From positions 121,643 to 185,642 of the forward strand of contig JAYKHS010000030.1 in NCBI GenBank assembly GCA_035285865.1: a DNA stretch of 64,000 nucleotides, written 5' to 3'. Position numbers and translations under genes: made by a program. The notes under the pieces are model-generated. The model saw only the letters and a list, made by a program, of their open reading frames with translations. It had not been told where the DNA came from and did no database searches. This DNA comes from Candidatus Sericytochromatia bacterium (GTDB taxonomy: Bacteria; Cyanobacteriota; Sericytochromatia; S15B-MN24; VGJW01). Every line of letters begins with the position of its first letter. The first letter of the stretch is position 1. This document shows positions 26,889 to 36,653 of the stretch, one piece after another.

Positions 26889-27494
26889 ATGGAAATGCAG
26901 GCTCTCCGGAGTGGAACCACCGTCCCCCGATGGTTGGCCCTGGCCGCATTCGTCGTGTCCGGGCTGCTCGTCCTCTGGGGCGTGTGGAGTCTCACTGCCC
27001 CGCCTCGTGGCGCGGATGTGCGTGCTGCCTATGCTCGGGCTGCTCGGGCCTGGGTGGGCCAGCCCTTTCCTCGGGTCATCTTGCCGGCGGCGAAGGGCGA
27101 GCAGGTGGCGTTGCCCTTGCCGGGCCCCCAGGTGCTCGTCTTCTTCAGGGTCTTCACCTGAGGGCACTGCCGCCACCAACTCGCGCAGTTGCGTGAGGAA
27201 CGCAAGACATGGCCCAAGGGGGTGACCCTGATGGCCGTCAGCCATGACCGACCGGAAGACCTGAGGGTTCTCGAGCGAGAACTCGGGCTCGGCTATCCGC
27301 TTCTTTCGGATGCGCGGTATCGCCTCATCGACGCCTGTGCAGGTCGCGAAGCCAACCGCGTGTACGCTCGCCCTGCCGCGGTGGTGGTTGGACCTGATGG
27401 ACGGGTGGCATGGGCCCACATCGGGGCCGACGCCTCGGACCGTGCGGACCCGGCGGCCATCCGGCGCGCGCTTGCGCCCTACATGCCGAAGTAG
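26889..27494 (+). CDS. Membrane-anchored peroxiredoxin-like (AhpC/TSA fold) selenoprotein, TGA 27159-61 read as Sec
   Basis: Two in-frame ORFs joined across TGA give VFFRVFT-U-GHCRHQL...AVS...YPLLSD...PAAVVVGPDGRV; hairpin follows the TGA. Confidence 0.8.
27174..27195 (+). promoter_or_regulatory. Candidate bacterial SECIS hairpin
   Basis: CAC-CAACU-CGCGC-AGUUG-C-GUG stem-loop starting 13 nt after the UGA, with G in the loop. Confidence 0.55.
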
Positions 27495-27679
27495 CGCCCG
27501 ATCAGGGTTTCGGCGTGCGCGAGGCGGACGCGCAGGTCCCGAACGGACTCCTCATCGGCCTCCGGATGGTCTTCGAGCCACGTCCACGCAGCATCGACCG
27601 CGGCGACGAGCCGTTGCTGGTCGCGTGGGCCGTTTTCGAGGGCCTGATCGAGGGTGGATCGCATTTCGCTGAACGTCAT
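27479..27679 (-). CDS. Small helical hypothetical protein (66 aa)
   Basis: Fills the gap between genes; natural amphipathic composition; AT-rich upstream region. Confidence 0.55.
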   Translation of the reverse strand: MTFSEMRSTLDQALENGPRDQQRLVAAVDAAWTWLEDHPEADEESVRDLRVRLAHAETLIGRYFGM

Positions 27680-27774
27680 TCAGGGGCTTCCATTCGGGAT
27701 TAAGCTCGTGTATGTTATTCATTAATAATCTGTTTTCTGGTCAGTGTTCAACTGTCTCTCGGGAGGATCGCTCG

Positions 27775-29295
27775 GTGAATCGCAGCGCCCTGTTGCTGAC
27801 TGTATCGACTTTGGTTGCCGGTTGCGGGATGGCTGTTCCGCGCGCGTCGCTGGGGCTTGCCGACAAGGGTGCCGTAACCGCACGGTCCGCGCGTCAAGGG
27901 GCCCCGGCCTGGGCCAAAGATGCGGTCTTTTACCAGATATTCCCTGACCGGTTCGCCAACGGTCTGACGGCCAACGATCCTGACGGCACCGAACCGTGGG
28001 GCGGCAAGCCGACCTACACGAACTTCTTCGGAGGAGACCTCGAGGGCATCCGCAAGCATCTCGACCACCTGCAGTCCCTTGGCATCACGGCGCTTTACCT
28101 GAATCCCATCTTCCAGTCGCCCTCGAACCATAAATACGACACCACGGATTACCTGCGCATCGATCCGGCCTTCGGTGACGAGGCGACGTTCCGGGCACTT
28201 GTTGCCGACGTGCACGCCCGCGGCATGCGCATCATTCTGGATGGCGTCTTCAACCACACGGGGGATCAGTTCAACCAATTCCGTCAGGCCGCGCGTACGG
28301 GCCCCGGTTCACCCTACTGGAACTGGTACAACTTCTACGGCTTCCCCGTGGTCCAGCAGCCCAAGCCCAATTACGACTCCTGGTGGGGCTTCGCGACGTT
28401 GCCGAAGCTGAACTATCGCAATCCGGCAGTACGCAGTTACATCCTTGACCTTGTCGTACCTTATTGGACCCGGATGGGTATCGACGGATGGCGTCTGGAC
28501 GTGCCCAACGAGATCTCCGAACCCGGGTTCTGGGAGGCATTCCGCAGCAAGGTGCTGGCCATCAACCCCGACGCGTACCTTGTCGGCGAAATATGGGATG
28601 ACCCCCGGCCGTGGCTGGGGCGGTTCGATGCCACGATGAACTATCCCTTCCAGAAGGCGCTCGTGGCCTTCGCGGCCAAGCGCCAGATGGACGTCGATAC
28701 GCTCGACCGCGAACTTGCGGCCCAGCGGGGCTGGGGCGGTGCATCAACGAACGCGATGTTCAACATTCTTGGCAGCCATGATGTCGAACGGTTCCGATTC
28801 GAGGCAGGGGAGCGGCCTGAACGCCACCGTGCTGCGGTCCTGCTGCAGATGACCTATCCCGGAACCCCAGTCGTCTACTACGGCGACGAAATCGGCATGA
28901 CCGGGGGCAAGGATCCGGATGACCGCCGCTGCTTCCCATGGCAGTCGGCCCAGTGGGACCAGGGCACGCTTCGTCACTACCGCGACCTGATCAAGGCTCG
29001 TCGGCAGGTCCGGGCGCTGCGCGACGGCTGGTTCCAGACCTTGCTTCGGCACAACGACCGGAGGCTCTGGGCCTACCTGCGTGATTGGCAGGGCGAGAGT
29101 CGGGCACTGGTGGTGGTCAATGCCGGCGATGCCGCCGGAAGCCTCGAGGTGCCCGTAGCCGATACCACGCTTTCGGATGGGACGCTGCTGCGTAACATCC
29201 AGACCGGTACCGTCGCGAGGGTCACTGGCCGCAAAGTCGTGCTCGGAGACGTCGGTCCCGCCGGCTCGGTGTGGGTGGCGGAAAGCCGGCGCTGA
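27775..29295 (+). CDS. GH13 neopullulanase/cyclomaltodextrinase-like lipoprotein
   Basis: Lipobox VAGC; FYQIFPDRF, GGDLEG, DGVFNH, DGWRLDV, GEIW, SHD, YYGDE; GGAGG before GTG. Confidence 0.93.
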   Translation: MNRSALLLTVSTLVAGCGMAVPRASLGLADKGAVTARSARQGAPAWAKDAVFYQIFPDRFANGLTANDPDGTEPWGGKPTYTNFFGGDLEGIRKHLDHLQSLGITALYLNPIFQSPSNHKYDTTDYLRIDPAFGDEATFRALVADVHARGMRIILDGVFNHTGDQFNQFRQAARTGPGSPYWNWYNFYGFPVVQQPKPNYDSWWGFATLPKLNYRNPAVRSYILDLVVPYWTRMGIDGWRLDVPNEISEPGFWEAFRSKVLAINPDAYLVGEIWDDPRPWLGRFDATMNYPFQKALVAFAAKRQMDVDTLDRELAAQRGWGGASTNAMFNILGSHDVERFRFEAGERPERHRAAVLLQMTYPGTPVVYYGDEIGMTGGKDPDDRRCFPWQSAQWDQGTLRHYRDLIKARRQVRALRDGWFQTLLRHNDRRLWAYLRDWQGESRALVVVNAGDAAGSLEVPVADTTLSDGTLLRNIQTGTVARVTGRKVVLGDVGPAGSVWVAESRR

Positions 29296-29307
29296 ACCGC
29301 GGCGGGT

Positions 29308-30627
29308 TCAGCCCAGCCGGTCGATCATGAGCCGGAGCCATGCAGCCGCCTGCCGTGCGGCTTCAGCGGACGACGGCCAGAGCATCTGCGTGTCACCGAC
29401 CACGACAAGGCGACCTCTGCCGACCTGTCTGGAAACGGCCAGCTTGTTGGCATTGGTCGTTCCGGACGCGACCCGGTAGGCCGTTTCCGGCATCACGGCC
29501 AACGTTCTGGCAGGGGGCGCAGCCTCGACCGTGCAGGATCCCTGGACCCCGAGGGCCGTACCATCCAGCGGACTTTGCCACAGCGGCAAGAGGGAGGCCT
29601 GGCCACTTGCCGTACGCACGATATCGACACGGGCATAGGCACCGACCGTCCGCAGCAGATCCTGCAATCGGGTTGAGTCGAAACCGCTGGCACCACCCCA
29701 ATCCGCCGAGACGAGGACGGTGCCGCCCAACTCGAGGTGTTGCCTGATGGCCGTGGCTTCCTGATCGGGGAGGTTGGTCGGCGCGGCAAGCCAGAGAACC
29801 TGACCGAGCTTCGGTGTCGGCACGGCCGGGCCGGACAGGGCAATCTGACGCTCGGAAAGTGCTGCTTGCAGTCGTCCGTAGATTGCCGAGTCCGACATGC
29901 CGAATGGCCACCCGGTCATCGCAAGGCCGACCGGTCGATCCGCCAGAACCGCGACTCCCCCCGTCGTGTCGATCTCCTCGTGGCCGACGTGGTGGATGGA
30001 GGCCGACCCGGTGTCCGGGCCCACTTCCAGGCGATAGCGGCCATCGGCGTCCGACTCCGTCTCCTGCAACCCGGCCACGACCCGAGCTCCCTGCACGGGT
30101 TGCCCCGCCTGATCCCGCAAGGTCCCCTCGATCGTGCGTGGGCTTGGCAGCAAGCGGAACGTCAACTGCACCACGGGTATCGAGACCTGGCTGATGCCGC
30201 CCACGGGTTGAGACACCGCGGCAAGAGAGACGGTCGCCTGATGTGTCAGATAACCGGGTGCCGAAGCCCTGACGGAATAGGTGCCTGCGTTCATGTCGGT
30301 GAAGGAGCGGTCACCCGAGGCATCGGCAACGCCGAATCCCAGCCCGGAACCCATGGCCACGACCGTCGCACCGGGCAGAGCCGCATCGCGGGTATCGCGC
30401 ACCAGGATGCGAAGGGTGCCGCCGATGAGATTGGCCGGGCTGACGCATCCACCATCCGCAGCGCAACGATCCTGCGATGCAGGTGGCGAGCCCGATCCCC
30501 CGGGGGGGGCAGCTGTCGGCACCGTAGTCACAGGCGGGGCCGCGGTCGGCCTCGGGGAGATGACGGTTGTCGATGTGAAGCAGCCCGCGAGCAACGCGGG
30601 AAGTGTGGCGTGGAGCCAGCGTGTCAC
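29308..30627 (-). CDS. Lipoprotein with carboxypeptidase-regulatory-like repeats and a C-terminal GATase-like (DUF4350/GIFT-like) domain
   Basis: LAGC; G..RD..G.P.GA.V...SDADGRY repeats; C-terminal GGTVLV...GRGRLVVVGD. Confidence 0.65.
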   Translation of the reverse strand: MTRWLHATLPALLAGCFTSTTVISPRPTAAPPVTTVPTAAPPGGSGSPPASQDRCAADGGCVSPANLIGGTLRILVRDTRDAALPGATVVAMGSGLGFGVADASGDRSFTDMNAGTYSVRASAPGYLTHQATVSLAAVSQPVGGISQVSIPVVQLTFRLLPSPRTIEGTLRDQAGQPVQGARVVAGLQETESDADGRYRLEVGPDTGSASIHHVGHEEIDTTGGVAVLADRPVGLAMTGWPFGMSDSAIYGRLQAALSERQIALSGPAVPTPKLGQVLWLAAPTNLPDQEATAIRQHLELGGTVLVSADWGGASGFDSTRLQDLLRTVGAYARVDIVRTASGQASLLPLWQSPLDGTALGVQGSCTVEAAPPARTLAVMPETAYRVASGTTNANKLAVSRQVGRGRLVVVGDTQMLWPSSAEAARQAAAWLRLMIDRLG

Positions 30628-32078
30628 GGCCTGTCCCCGGACGGCTGCCTCATGCCAAGGGCGGCAAGGGCGTCAACCCTGCCCCAGCCAGTCTCGTGGT
30701 CGAACCCGCTGGAGCCCATGTCGGCGGAGGATGCAAGAATGCGCAGCCTCACCTGGTCTGGCGAGAGGTCAGGTTCCTGCGACAGGATCAGCGCCGCGAG
30801 GCCCGCCACCAGGGGGGACGCCTGCGAGGTACCGGAAACTCTGCCGTGTCCGGGCCACGAGCTCTGCGTCTGTCCGAGGGACAGCACATGGGCGTAGGTC
30901 GGAAGCGTGGACAGGATGCCTTCCGATGTCTGGTTCTGGCCACCACCCGGCGCCATCACGCCGAGTTCGGGCCCGATGTTGCTGTAGCTTGCCCTGCGGC
31001 CTCGTGGGTCCAGTGCGCCGACGGCGAGGACGCCGGCGTAAGCGGCCGGATAGTAGACCGGTACCCCGGAGCCGTTCCCGGCGGCGACGACGAAAAGGAC
31101 GCCTCGAGTCTGTCCATAGGTCATGGCCTCGGCCAGAACCGGAGCCGGTTCCTCTCCGCCAATTGACATGTTGAGGACCCGGACGCCGAGATCCACGGCC
31201 TTGCGGATGCCGAGGGCAATGACATCATCGCTGCCATTGCCCTGACAGTCCATGGCCTTGATGTCGAGGATCCGGACCGAAGGAGCGACGCCCACGATGT
31301 TGTTGCGAAGCCCGGTCTGATTGTTGGCCACGGCCCCGATGATGCCGGCCACATGCGTGCCATGGCCGTTGCCGTCCGGGCCAGGATGGGCGGCATCCTG
31401 ATAGGCCGTCGACGAGCCATAGTCCAGACCGAGACAACTGTCTCTCCTGCCCGAATCCTGCAGCGCATCGACCACCAGCTGACGCCCCGCGCCGTCCCGG
31501 GCCATGTTGACGGCGAGGTCGGGGTGGCGGCCGTCGATTCCCGAGTCCAGCACTCCGACGAGGATGCCCTGTCCGCGCACGTCCGGATAGGCCTGCCACG
31601 CCGCAGGCAGGTTTGCTTGCAGAAGGCCCCATTGATTGCTCGAGCCCGTATTGAGATCGTTGAATGTCTGCAAGGTGCGGACGGTCGTGTCCGGCTCTGC
31701 CGGTGATGCCGAAATCAGGCCCAGGGTCCGTCGATGGTTGCGGCTGATCCAGCGCGTCATCCCGCGCGAGGAGAGCTCTGCCTCTGCAGCCTCGGCAGCC
31801 TGTTCACCGGGAAAGGCCAGGGTGTCGACGTACGGCAGGGGGCTGTTCACGACCCGGCCACGGTGGGCAGAAAGCCAGGCTTCCACGCTGCCCGGCGCCA
31901 GATCCTTTCGCCAGCCGACGAGCCGGACCTCAGGTTCGATGGCCTCGACGGTCGGGGTGGGCGGAAGCTGGAGCGGCGGAGCGGAGAAGCAGCCCGGCAA
32001 GCAAGCCAATACCAAGGCCCGGAAGGGCCCCCCGATGTGAAGATGCCGGAGCATGCCGAGTGCAGCATACCCCGGCAT
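30624..32078 (-). CDS. S8 subtilase lipoprotein
   Basis: Intact triad VLDSG / HGTHVAG / GTSQA; AAGN; LPGC lipobox; true start may be 32054. Confidence 0.92.
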   Translation of the reverse strand: MPGYAALGMLRHLHIGGPFRALVLACLPGCFSAPPLQLPPTPTVEAIEPEVRLVGWRKDLAPGSVEAWLSAHRGRVVNSPLPYVDTLAFPGEQAAEAAEAELSSRGMTRWISRNHRRTLGLISASPAEPDTTVRTLQTFNDLNTGSSNQWGLLQANLPAAWQAYPDVRGQGILVGVLDSGIDGRHPDLAVNMARDGAGRQLVVDALQDSGRRDSCLGLDYGSSTAYQDAAHPGPDGNGHGTHVAGIIGAVANNQTGLRNNIVGVAPSVRILDIKAMDCQGNGSDDVIALGIRKAVDLGVRVLNMSIGGEEPAPVLAEAMTYGQTRGVLFVVAAGNGSGVPVYYPAAYAGVLAVGALDPRGRRASYSNIGPELGVMAPGGGQNQTSEGILSTLPTYAHVLSLGQTQSSWPGHGRVSGTSQASPLVAGLAALILSQEPDLSPDQVRLRILASSADMGSSGFDHETGWGRVDALAALGMRQPSGDRP

Positions 32079-32095
32079 CCGGAGCTTGAGGCAGC

Positions 32096-33838
32096 TTATT
32101 CCCGAAGCGAGAGGAGGTCCTGAATCTCCCGAAGGACCTGTTCCCGAGCGCCCAGCAACTGACGCTGCTCTCGCCCGAGGTCTTCGAGATCCCCGCGCAG
32201 GCGGTCCTGAGCGGCGAGTGCCTTGCGCGCTCCATCCGTGGCCTGGCGCAGTTCGTCCTCGGCGGAGCGAAGTTCCTCGCGAGCGCGGCTTGCCGTGGCA
32301 CTGTCGCGATCGATGGACTGCTCGATCTGGGCCAGCCTGCGCTGCGCCCCGGCGATGCGTTGCTTGGCCTCGGCAATGCGGCGCTCCTGACCGTCGATCT
32401 CTCGGGCCACTTCCTGACGCCTGCCGTTCAGGTCCTCGATCCGGCTTGTCAGGTCCGCGATGCGGCGCTCCAGTTCGGGACGCCTGGCCAGACGCTGGCG
32501 ATCCCGCTCCGACAACTGGTCGGGATCCAACTGCGCAAGGCGGTCGAGGCCGGCTTGTTCCCGAAGGAGATCGAAGCGGGTGTCGCTGAGGTCGTTGCCG
32601 CGTTGCACCAGGCTGTCGTCACTGCCTTCGAGGCGCTTGATGGCATCGGCGGCACGCGCCACACCGTCGCGTGCGCCGGCGATTTCACCTTGAGTGTGCC
32701 CGCGCTCCTCACCAAGCCGGCGCAGGTCGGCCTGAAGTTCGGCCAACTGGCGAGCCAGCTGTGCCTGCTCACCCTTGAGCTCGTCCCGACGCGCCATCGC
32801 GCGGTCGAACACCACCTGAGCCTCGCGGATGGCATCCTTGACCCGCTCCGTCTCGGCCGCGATCGCCTGCTCCTGCCGCCGGATCTTGGCCAGCGTGCGC
32901 TGATCGGCGTCCAAGGCCCGCTCCAGCAGGTCGTTGCGTTCGCGGGTCAGGCGATCCAAGGACCGGCCCAAGTCGTCGATGCGCCCCCGGGCCGCCCGGA
33001 TGTCGTCGAGGTTGGCCTGGGCTTCCTGTTCCTGAGCCCGGGTCCGCTGCTCGAGTTCTCCTGCCTTTTGGCGCACACCGAGCAGCTCGGCGCGGGCCTT
33101 GGCCACGGCCTCGCCGATGCGGGCCACGATGCCCTGCTGGGAGGTCACATCCCGTTCGGCCTTGCCGGTGGCGCGTGCATTTCCGTCGCGGGCATCCCGA
33201 TTGCGGGCAATGTCCGACTCTCCGGTGCGCAAGCCCTTCTCGGCTGCTGCAGCCTCGGCCGAACGCCACTCGCGCTCGGCGCGCTCGAGGGCGCCCTCGG
33301 GAAGCGTTCGCGGGTCCAACCCCTTGAGGTAGTCATAGTATGCCTTGGCCGTCCGCGCCTTGATGAAGGCTTCCCGGTGCGCTTCGGCCAGCTCGGAGCC
33401 CTGCGCGGCGAGGGCGCGCGCCTCGGCCTTCAGGTCCCGGACGCGCTGCTCAAGACCTTCGAGTTTGCGCAGGTCCTTGTCGAGGTCGGCCTCGAGCCGG
33501 GCTTTGGCGTCTTCGAGGCCCGCTCCGCGGCGCTCCAACTCGGCTAGATCGCGACGCTTGGCCTCGATTTCCTGCTCGAGACGCTCCTGAATCTGTTGCG
33601 CCTTGGCCAGCTGTCCGGCCACCGCATCGATGCGGTCGCGCGTGTCCTTGCGCCGACCGTCGAGGGCCAGAATCTGGTCCTTGACACTGGACCCCCGCGC
33701 TACAGGTGAGGACCTGAGTGCGCTCTGGTCCGACTCCAGCCGGGGCTCCGCGGCACGAAGCGCCTGATCGAGCGACGCCCTTACCTGGGTGACGCGGCCA
33801 AGCCGGTGCACCGAGCCGCGGTTGTTGATTTCGGACAT
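32096..33838 (-). CDS. Long coiled-coil protein of unknown function
   Basis: About 530 aa of heptad-rich A/E/R/L/Q sequence; no Walker motifs or TM segment. Confidence 0.75.
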   Translation of the reverse strand: MSEINNRGSVHRLGRVTQVRASLDQALRAAEPRLESDQSALRSSPVARGSSVKDQILALDGRRKDTRDRIDAVAGQLAKAQQIQERLEQEIEAKRRDLAELERRGAGLEDAKARLEADLDKDLRKLEGLEQRVRDLKAEARALAAQGSELAEAHREAFIKARTAKAYYDYLKGLDPRTLPEGALERAEREWRSAEAAAAEKGLRTGESDIARNRDARDGNARATGKAERDVTSQQGIVARIGEAVAKARAELLGVRQKAGELEQRTRAQEQEAQANLDDIRAARGRIDDLGRSLDRLTRERNDLLERALDADQRTLAKIRRQEQAIAAETERVKDAIREAQVVFDRAMARRDELKGEQAQLARQLAELQADLRRLGEERGHTQGEIAGARDGVARAADAIKRLEGSDDSLVQRGNDLSDTRFDLLREQAGLDRLAQLDPDQLSERDRQRLARRPELERRIADLTSRIEDLNGRRQEVAREIDGQERRIAEAKQRIAGAQRRLAQIEQSIDRDSATASRAREELRSAEDELRQATDGARKALAAQDRLRGDLEDLGREQRQLLGAREQVLREIQDLLSLRE

Positions 33839-33982
33839 GGGGGCAAGCTCCCGAAAAGCTGAGTCAAACAGTCGTCAACTCCCTTATCCCCTTCTCCTGC
33901 CTCCATCTTGCGTCTCCGTGCGTATCCCGGTCACGGCGCCTTGCGTTGGACAAGCTGCCCCCCCGTGCCCTAACCTTTTCCC

Positions 33983-35047
33983 GTGCCACCAAGTTCCTGC
34001 TCCCGCTTGCCGCTGGTCGGCGTCCTTGCTGCCCTCGTCATCGCGACCGCGCCCGGTTGTGCCGTCCTCGCCGGCGCGGCGATGCCCGTCGTTCGTTGGC
34101 GCAGCGCCGACATGTTCGCCTCGGGAGATGCAGAGCGCTCTCGCGTCGACATCCCCGGCAACCTGTCGCAACTCCGTTTCCTGGCCAACCTCGCTCCCGA
34201 TCACGCCGAGGTCAATGTGGCCGCTGCTCAGGCACTGGGGGGCTATGCCCTCGGATTTCTGGATCCCGTCCTGACGCCCGGTTTCGAGCCACCGGCCGAG
34301 GAGCTCGCCGAGGCGCGCAAGGCATTCCGGGAGGGGCGTGCCCACGGCATGCGCGGCCTTGCCGGCCTGCCAGGATTCGCGGCCGGCGTGGATGGTGACC
34401 TGGAGGTCTTCAGGTCGGCCATTGCCGGGGCGCATCTGCACGATGTGCCCGCGCTGTTCTGGACGGCCTACAACTGGGGCCAGTTGGCGCTGCTGTCTTT
34501 CGACGACATCGAACTGAGTGCCGAGTTCGAGAAGGCGGAGCTCATGATGCGGCGGGTCGAGGAGCTGGCTCCGGGCTTCTTTCATGGAGGCGCCCAGGCC
34601 TTCTTGATGGTGCGCTATGCCTCGCGACCCACGCTGTTGGGAGGGGACCCCGAGGCGGCTCGGGCGGCTTGGTTGCGTGCCCGGGAGGCGTCTGGCGGTC
34701 GCTTCCTGATGACGGATGTCCTGTACGCCCAGTATGCCTGCGTGCAGATTCAGGATGCGGGGCAGTTCAGGAAGGTTCTGGAGGACGTGCTCGCCACCCC
34801 ACCCGAGGTGCTGCCCGAGCAGCGCCTCGCCAATGTCCTCGCTCAGCGGCGGGCCAGAATCCTCCTTGGGCGGATCGCGGACTGCTTCGACCTCGAGGCC
34901 ACGGAGGCTGCGGAGGACGAGAATGAGGCAGGCGAATCCGCTTCCCCGACCCCTGCGCCGGCCGTGACGCCTGCTCCTCGTGCCTCGGTTGCGCCGTCCG
35001 GACGGAACAACGTGACCAGAACCCCTCGTCCGAAGAATCGGAGGTAG
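33983..35047 (+). CDS. TRAP transporter TatT-family lipoprotein
   Basis: APGC lipobox; D.E...P..L, ALFWTA..WG, P.LLGGD.E.A, LAN.LAQRRA..LL; lies upstream of dctPQM. Confidence 0.8.
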   Translation: MPPSSCSRLPLVGVLAALVIATAPGCAVLAGAAMPVVRWRSADMFASGDAERSRVDIPGNLSQLRFLANLAPDHAEVNVAAAQALGGYALGFLDPVLTPGFEPPAEELAEARKAFREGRAHGMRGLAGLPGFAAGVDGDLEVFRSAIAGAHLHDVPALFWTAYNWGQLALLSFDDIELSAEFEKAELMMRRVEELAPGFFHGGAQAFLMVRYASRPTLLGGDPEAARAAWLRAREASGGRFLMTDVLYAQYACVQIQDAGQFRKVLEDVLATPPEVLPEQRLANVLAQRRARILLGRIADCFDLEATEAAEDENEAGESASPTPAPAVTPAPRASVAPSGRNNVTRTPRPKNRR

Positions 35048-35051
35048 TGCC

Positions 35052-36044
35052 GTGAATCTCGTTCGCCTGGTCGTTGCTGCGCTTGTCGGTGGCATGGTCT
35101 GTCTGCAGGCGCCTGCTGCTCTCGCGGCCAAGACTCTGAAGATCGCCTTCCTGGCTCCGCCCGGTTCCAAGTGGGATCAGACCTTCAAGCGCATCAGCGA
35201 TGAGGTCTCCGAGAAGACCGCTGGGGAAATCAGGGTCCGGTTCATTGGTGGCGGCGTCATGGGCGATGAACCGGACGTCGTGCGCAAGATGCGTCGAGGC
35301 CAACTTCAGGGCGCAGCATTGACCGGCATGGGCCTCGGTCTGATCGAGCCGCAGGTGCGCGTTCTCGAGCTCCCGCTGCTTTATGACTCGGACGCCGATG
35401 TCGACCGCGTGACGGCCAAGGTCGAGGACCAGCTCGGAGCACGCCTCGGCGAGAAGGATCACGTCCTGCTCGGCTGGGCTGAGGTTGGCCCGGTGCACGT
35501 TTTCACCAACAAGCCCATTCGGCGTCTTGCGGATTTCAAGGGTACCCGCATGTGGATGTGGGAGAATGATCGGTTGGCCGAGGCGATCTTCAAGGAGCTG
35601 GGCCTGCAGCCGACGCCGCTTGCCATCACCAGTGTCCTGACCTCCTTGCAGACTGGCATGGTCGACGGTGTATACAACTCTCCTCAGGGCTTGGTGGCCC
35701 TGCAGTGGAACAGTCGCATCCGCTATGCGCTGGATTTTCGCCTGACCCAGTCGGTTGGCGCCCTTGTTGTCACCCGCAAGGCTTGGGATGGCCTTTCCGC
35801 GGACCAGCAAAAGGTGCTGCGCGAGGCTTCGCGTCGGCATTGCGAGTCCTTGGTCCGTGATGGTCGCGAGGACAATCGGAAGGCGCTGGAGGCCCTCAAG
35901 CGCCAGGGCGTGCAGTTGACGTCCCTGTCTGCCGAAGACCGCAAGCGCGTCCGTCAGGCTGCGGACCGCGTGGCCGACCAGTTGGTGGGTTCGCTCTACC
36001 CTGCCGACCTGCTGCGGCAGGTTCGTCAGGCGGCAGGGCGGTAG
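35052..36044 (+). CDS. dctP: TRAP substrate-binding protein (DctP/TatP)
   Basis: Signal peptide; LKIAFLAPPGSKW, GGVMGDE, LQTGMVDG. Confidence 0.92.
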   Translation: MNLVRLVVAALVGGMVCLQAPAALAAKTLKIAFLAPPGSKWDQTFKRISDEVSEKTAGEIRVRFIGGGVMGDEPDVVRKMRRGQLQGAALTGMGLGLIEPQVRVLELPLLYDSDADVDRVTAKVEDQLGARLGEKDHVLLGWAEVGPVHVFTNKPIRRLADFKGTRMWMWENDRLAEAIFKELGLQPTPLAITSVLTSLQTGMVDGVYNSPQGLVALQWNSRIRYALDFRLTQSVGALVVTRKAWDGLSADQQKVLREASRRHCESLVRDGREDNRKALEALKRQGVQLTSLSAEDRKRVRQAADRVADQLVGSLYPADLLRQVRQAAGR

Positions 36045-36046
36045 GC

Positions 36047-36652
36047 GTGACGGGGCCGCTCGGTGCGGCGCTGCCCTCGGATACCCCGGAGGGTGCTTCC
36101 GAGCGCGGGCGTCTGGAGCTGCCGCTTCTGGCTCCGCTGTTCCGCCTTGACCGCCTGCTGGTCGCCCTCGAGGTCGGGATTCTCGGGCTGCTGCTTGCCG
36201 GCATGATCTTCCTTGGTCTGGGTCAGGTCGTCCTGCGCGAGTTCTTTCAGTCCGGCTGGACGTGGGCAGATGCCCTCCTCCGCCACCTGGTGCTGCTCGC
36301 CGGTCTTTTCGGGGCCATGACCGCCACTCATGCCCGACGTCACTTGGCCATGGACGCGCTGGTGCGTGTCTTGCCCGAAGCGGCGCGTCGCTGGTCCGAG
36401 GTCATGGTTGAGGCGGTATCGGGTGCCACGTGCATCTGGTTGATGGTCATCGTCGTGCCGTACCTGCGCGATGAACTGGCCCATGGCGGGGAAGAAGTCG
36501 CCTTCGGCATCACCCAGGCCCAGTTCCAGCTCGCCTTCCCCGTCGCGCTTGCGGTCATGGCGTTCCGCTTCTGCCTGTTGGCGCTCAACGACGGGTTGCT
36601 GCTCTGCTTCCCGCGAGCCGAGGCTGCCCTGTTGCGGGAGAGGGGCAACTGA
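36047..36652 (+). CDS. dctQ: TRAP small permease
   Basis: 4 TM segments; QVVLR, WAD.LLRHLVL, RHLAMD. Confidence 0.88.
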   Translation: MTGPLGAALPSDTPEGASERGRLELPLLAPLFRLDRLLVALEVGILGLLLAGMIFLGLGQVVLREFFQSGWTWADALLRHLVLLAGLFGAMTATHARRHLAMDALVRVLPEAARRWSEVMVEAVSGATCIWLMVIVVPYLRDELAHGGEEVAFGITQAQFQLAFPVALAVMAFRFCLLALNDGLLLCFPRAEAALLRERGN

Positions 36653-36653
36653 C

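Noticed and set aside
26697..27494. Pseudogene or two separate small genes
   Set aside because: The stop is TGA exactly at the redox Cys position, with intact frame and a downstream hairpin; Sec is the simpler explanation, though unproven
32096..33838. SMC or phage tape-measure protein
   Set aside because: No Walker motifs or hinge, and no phage context
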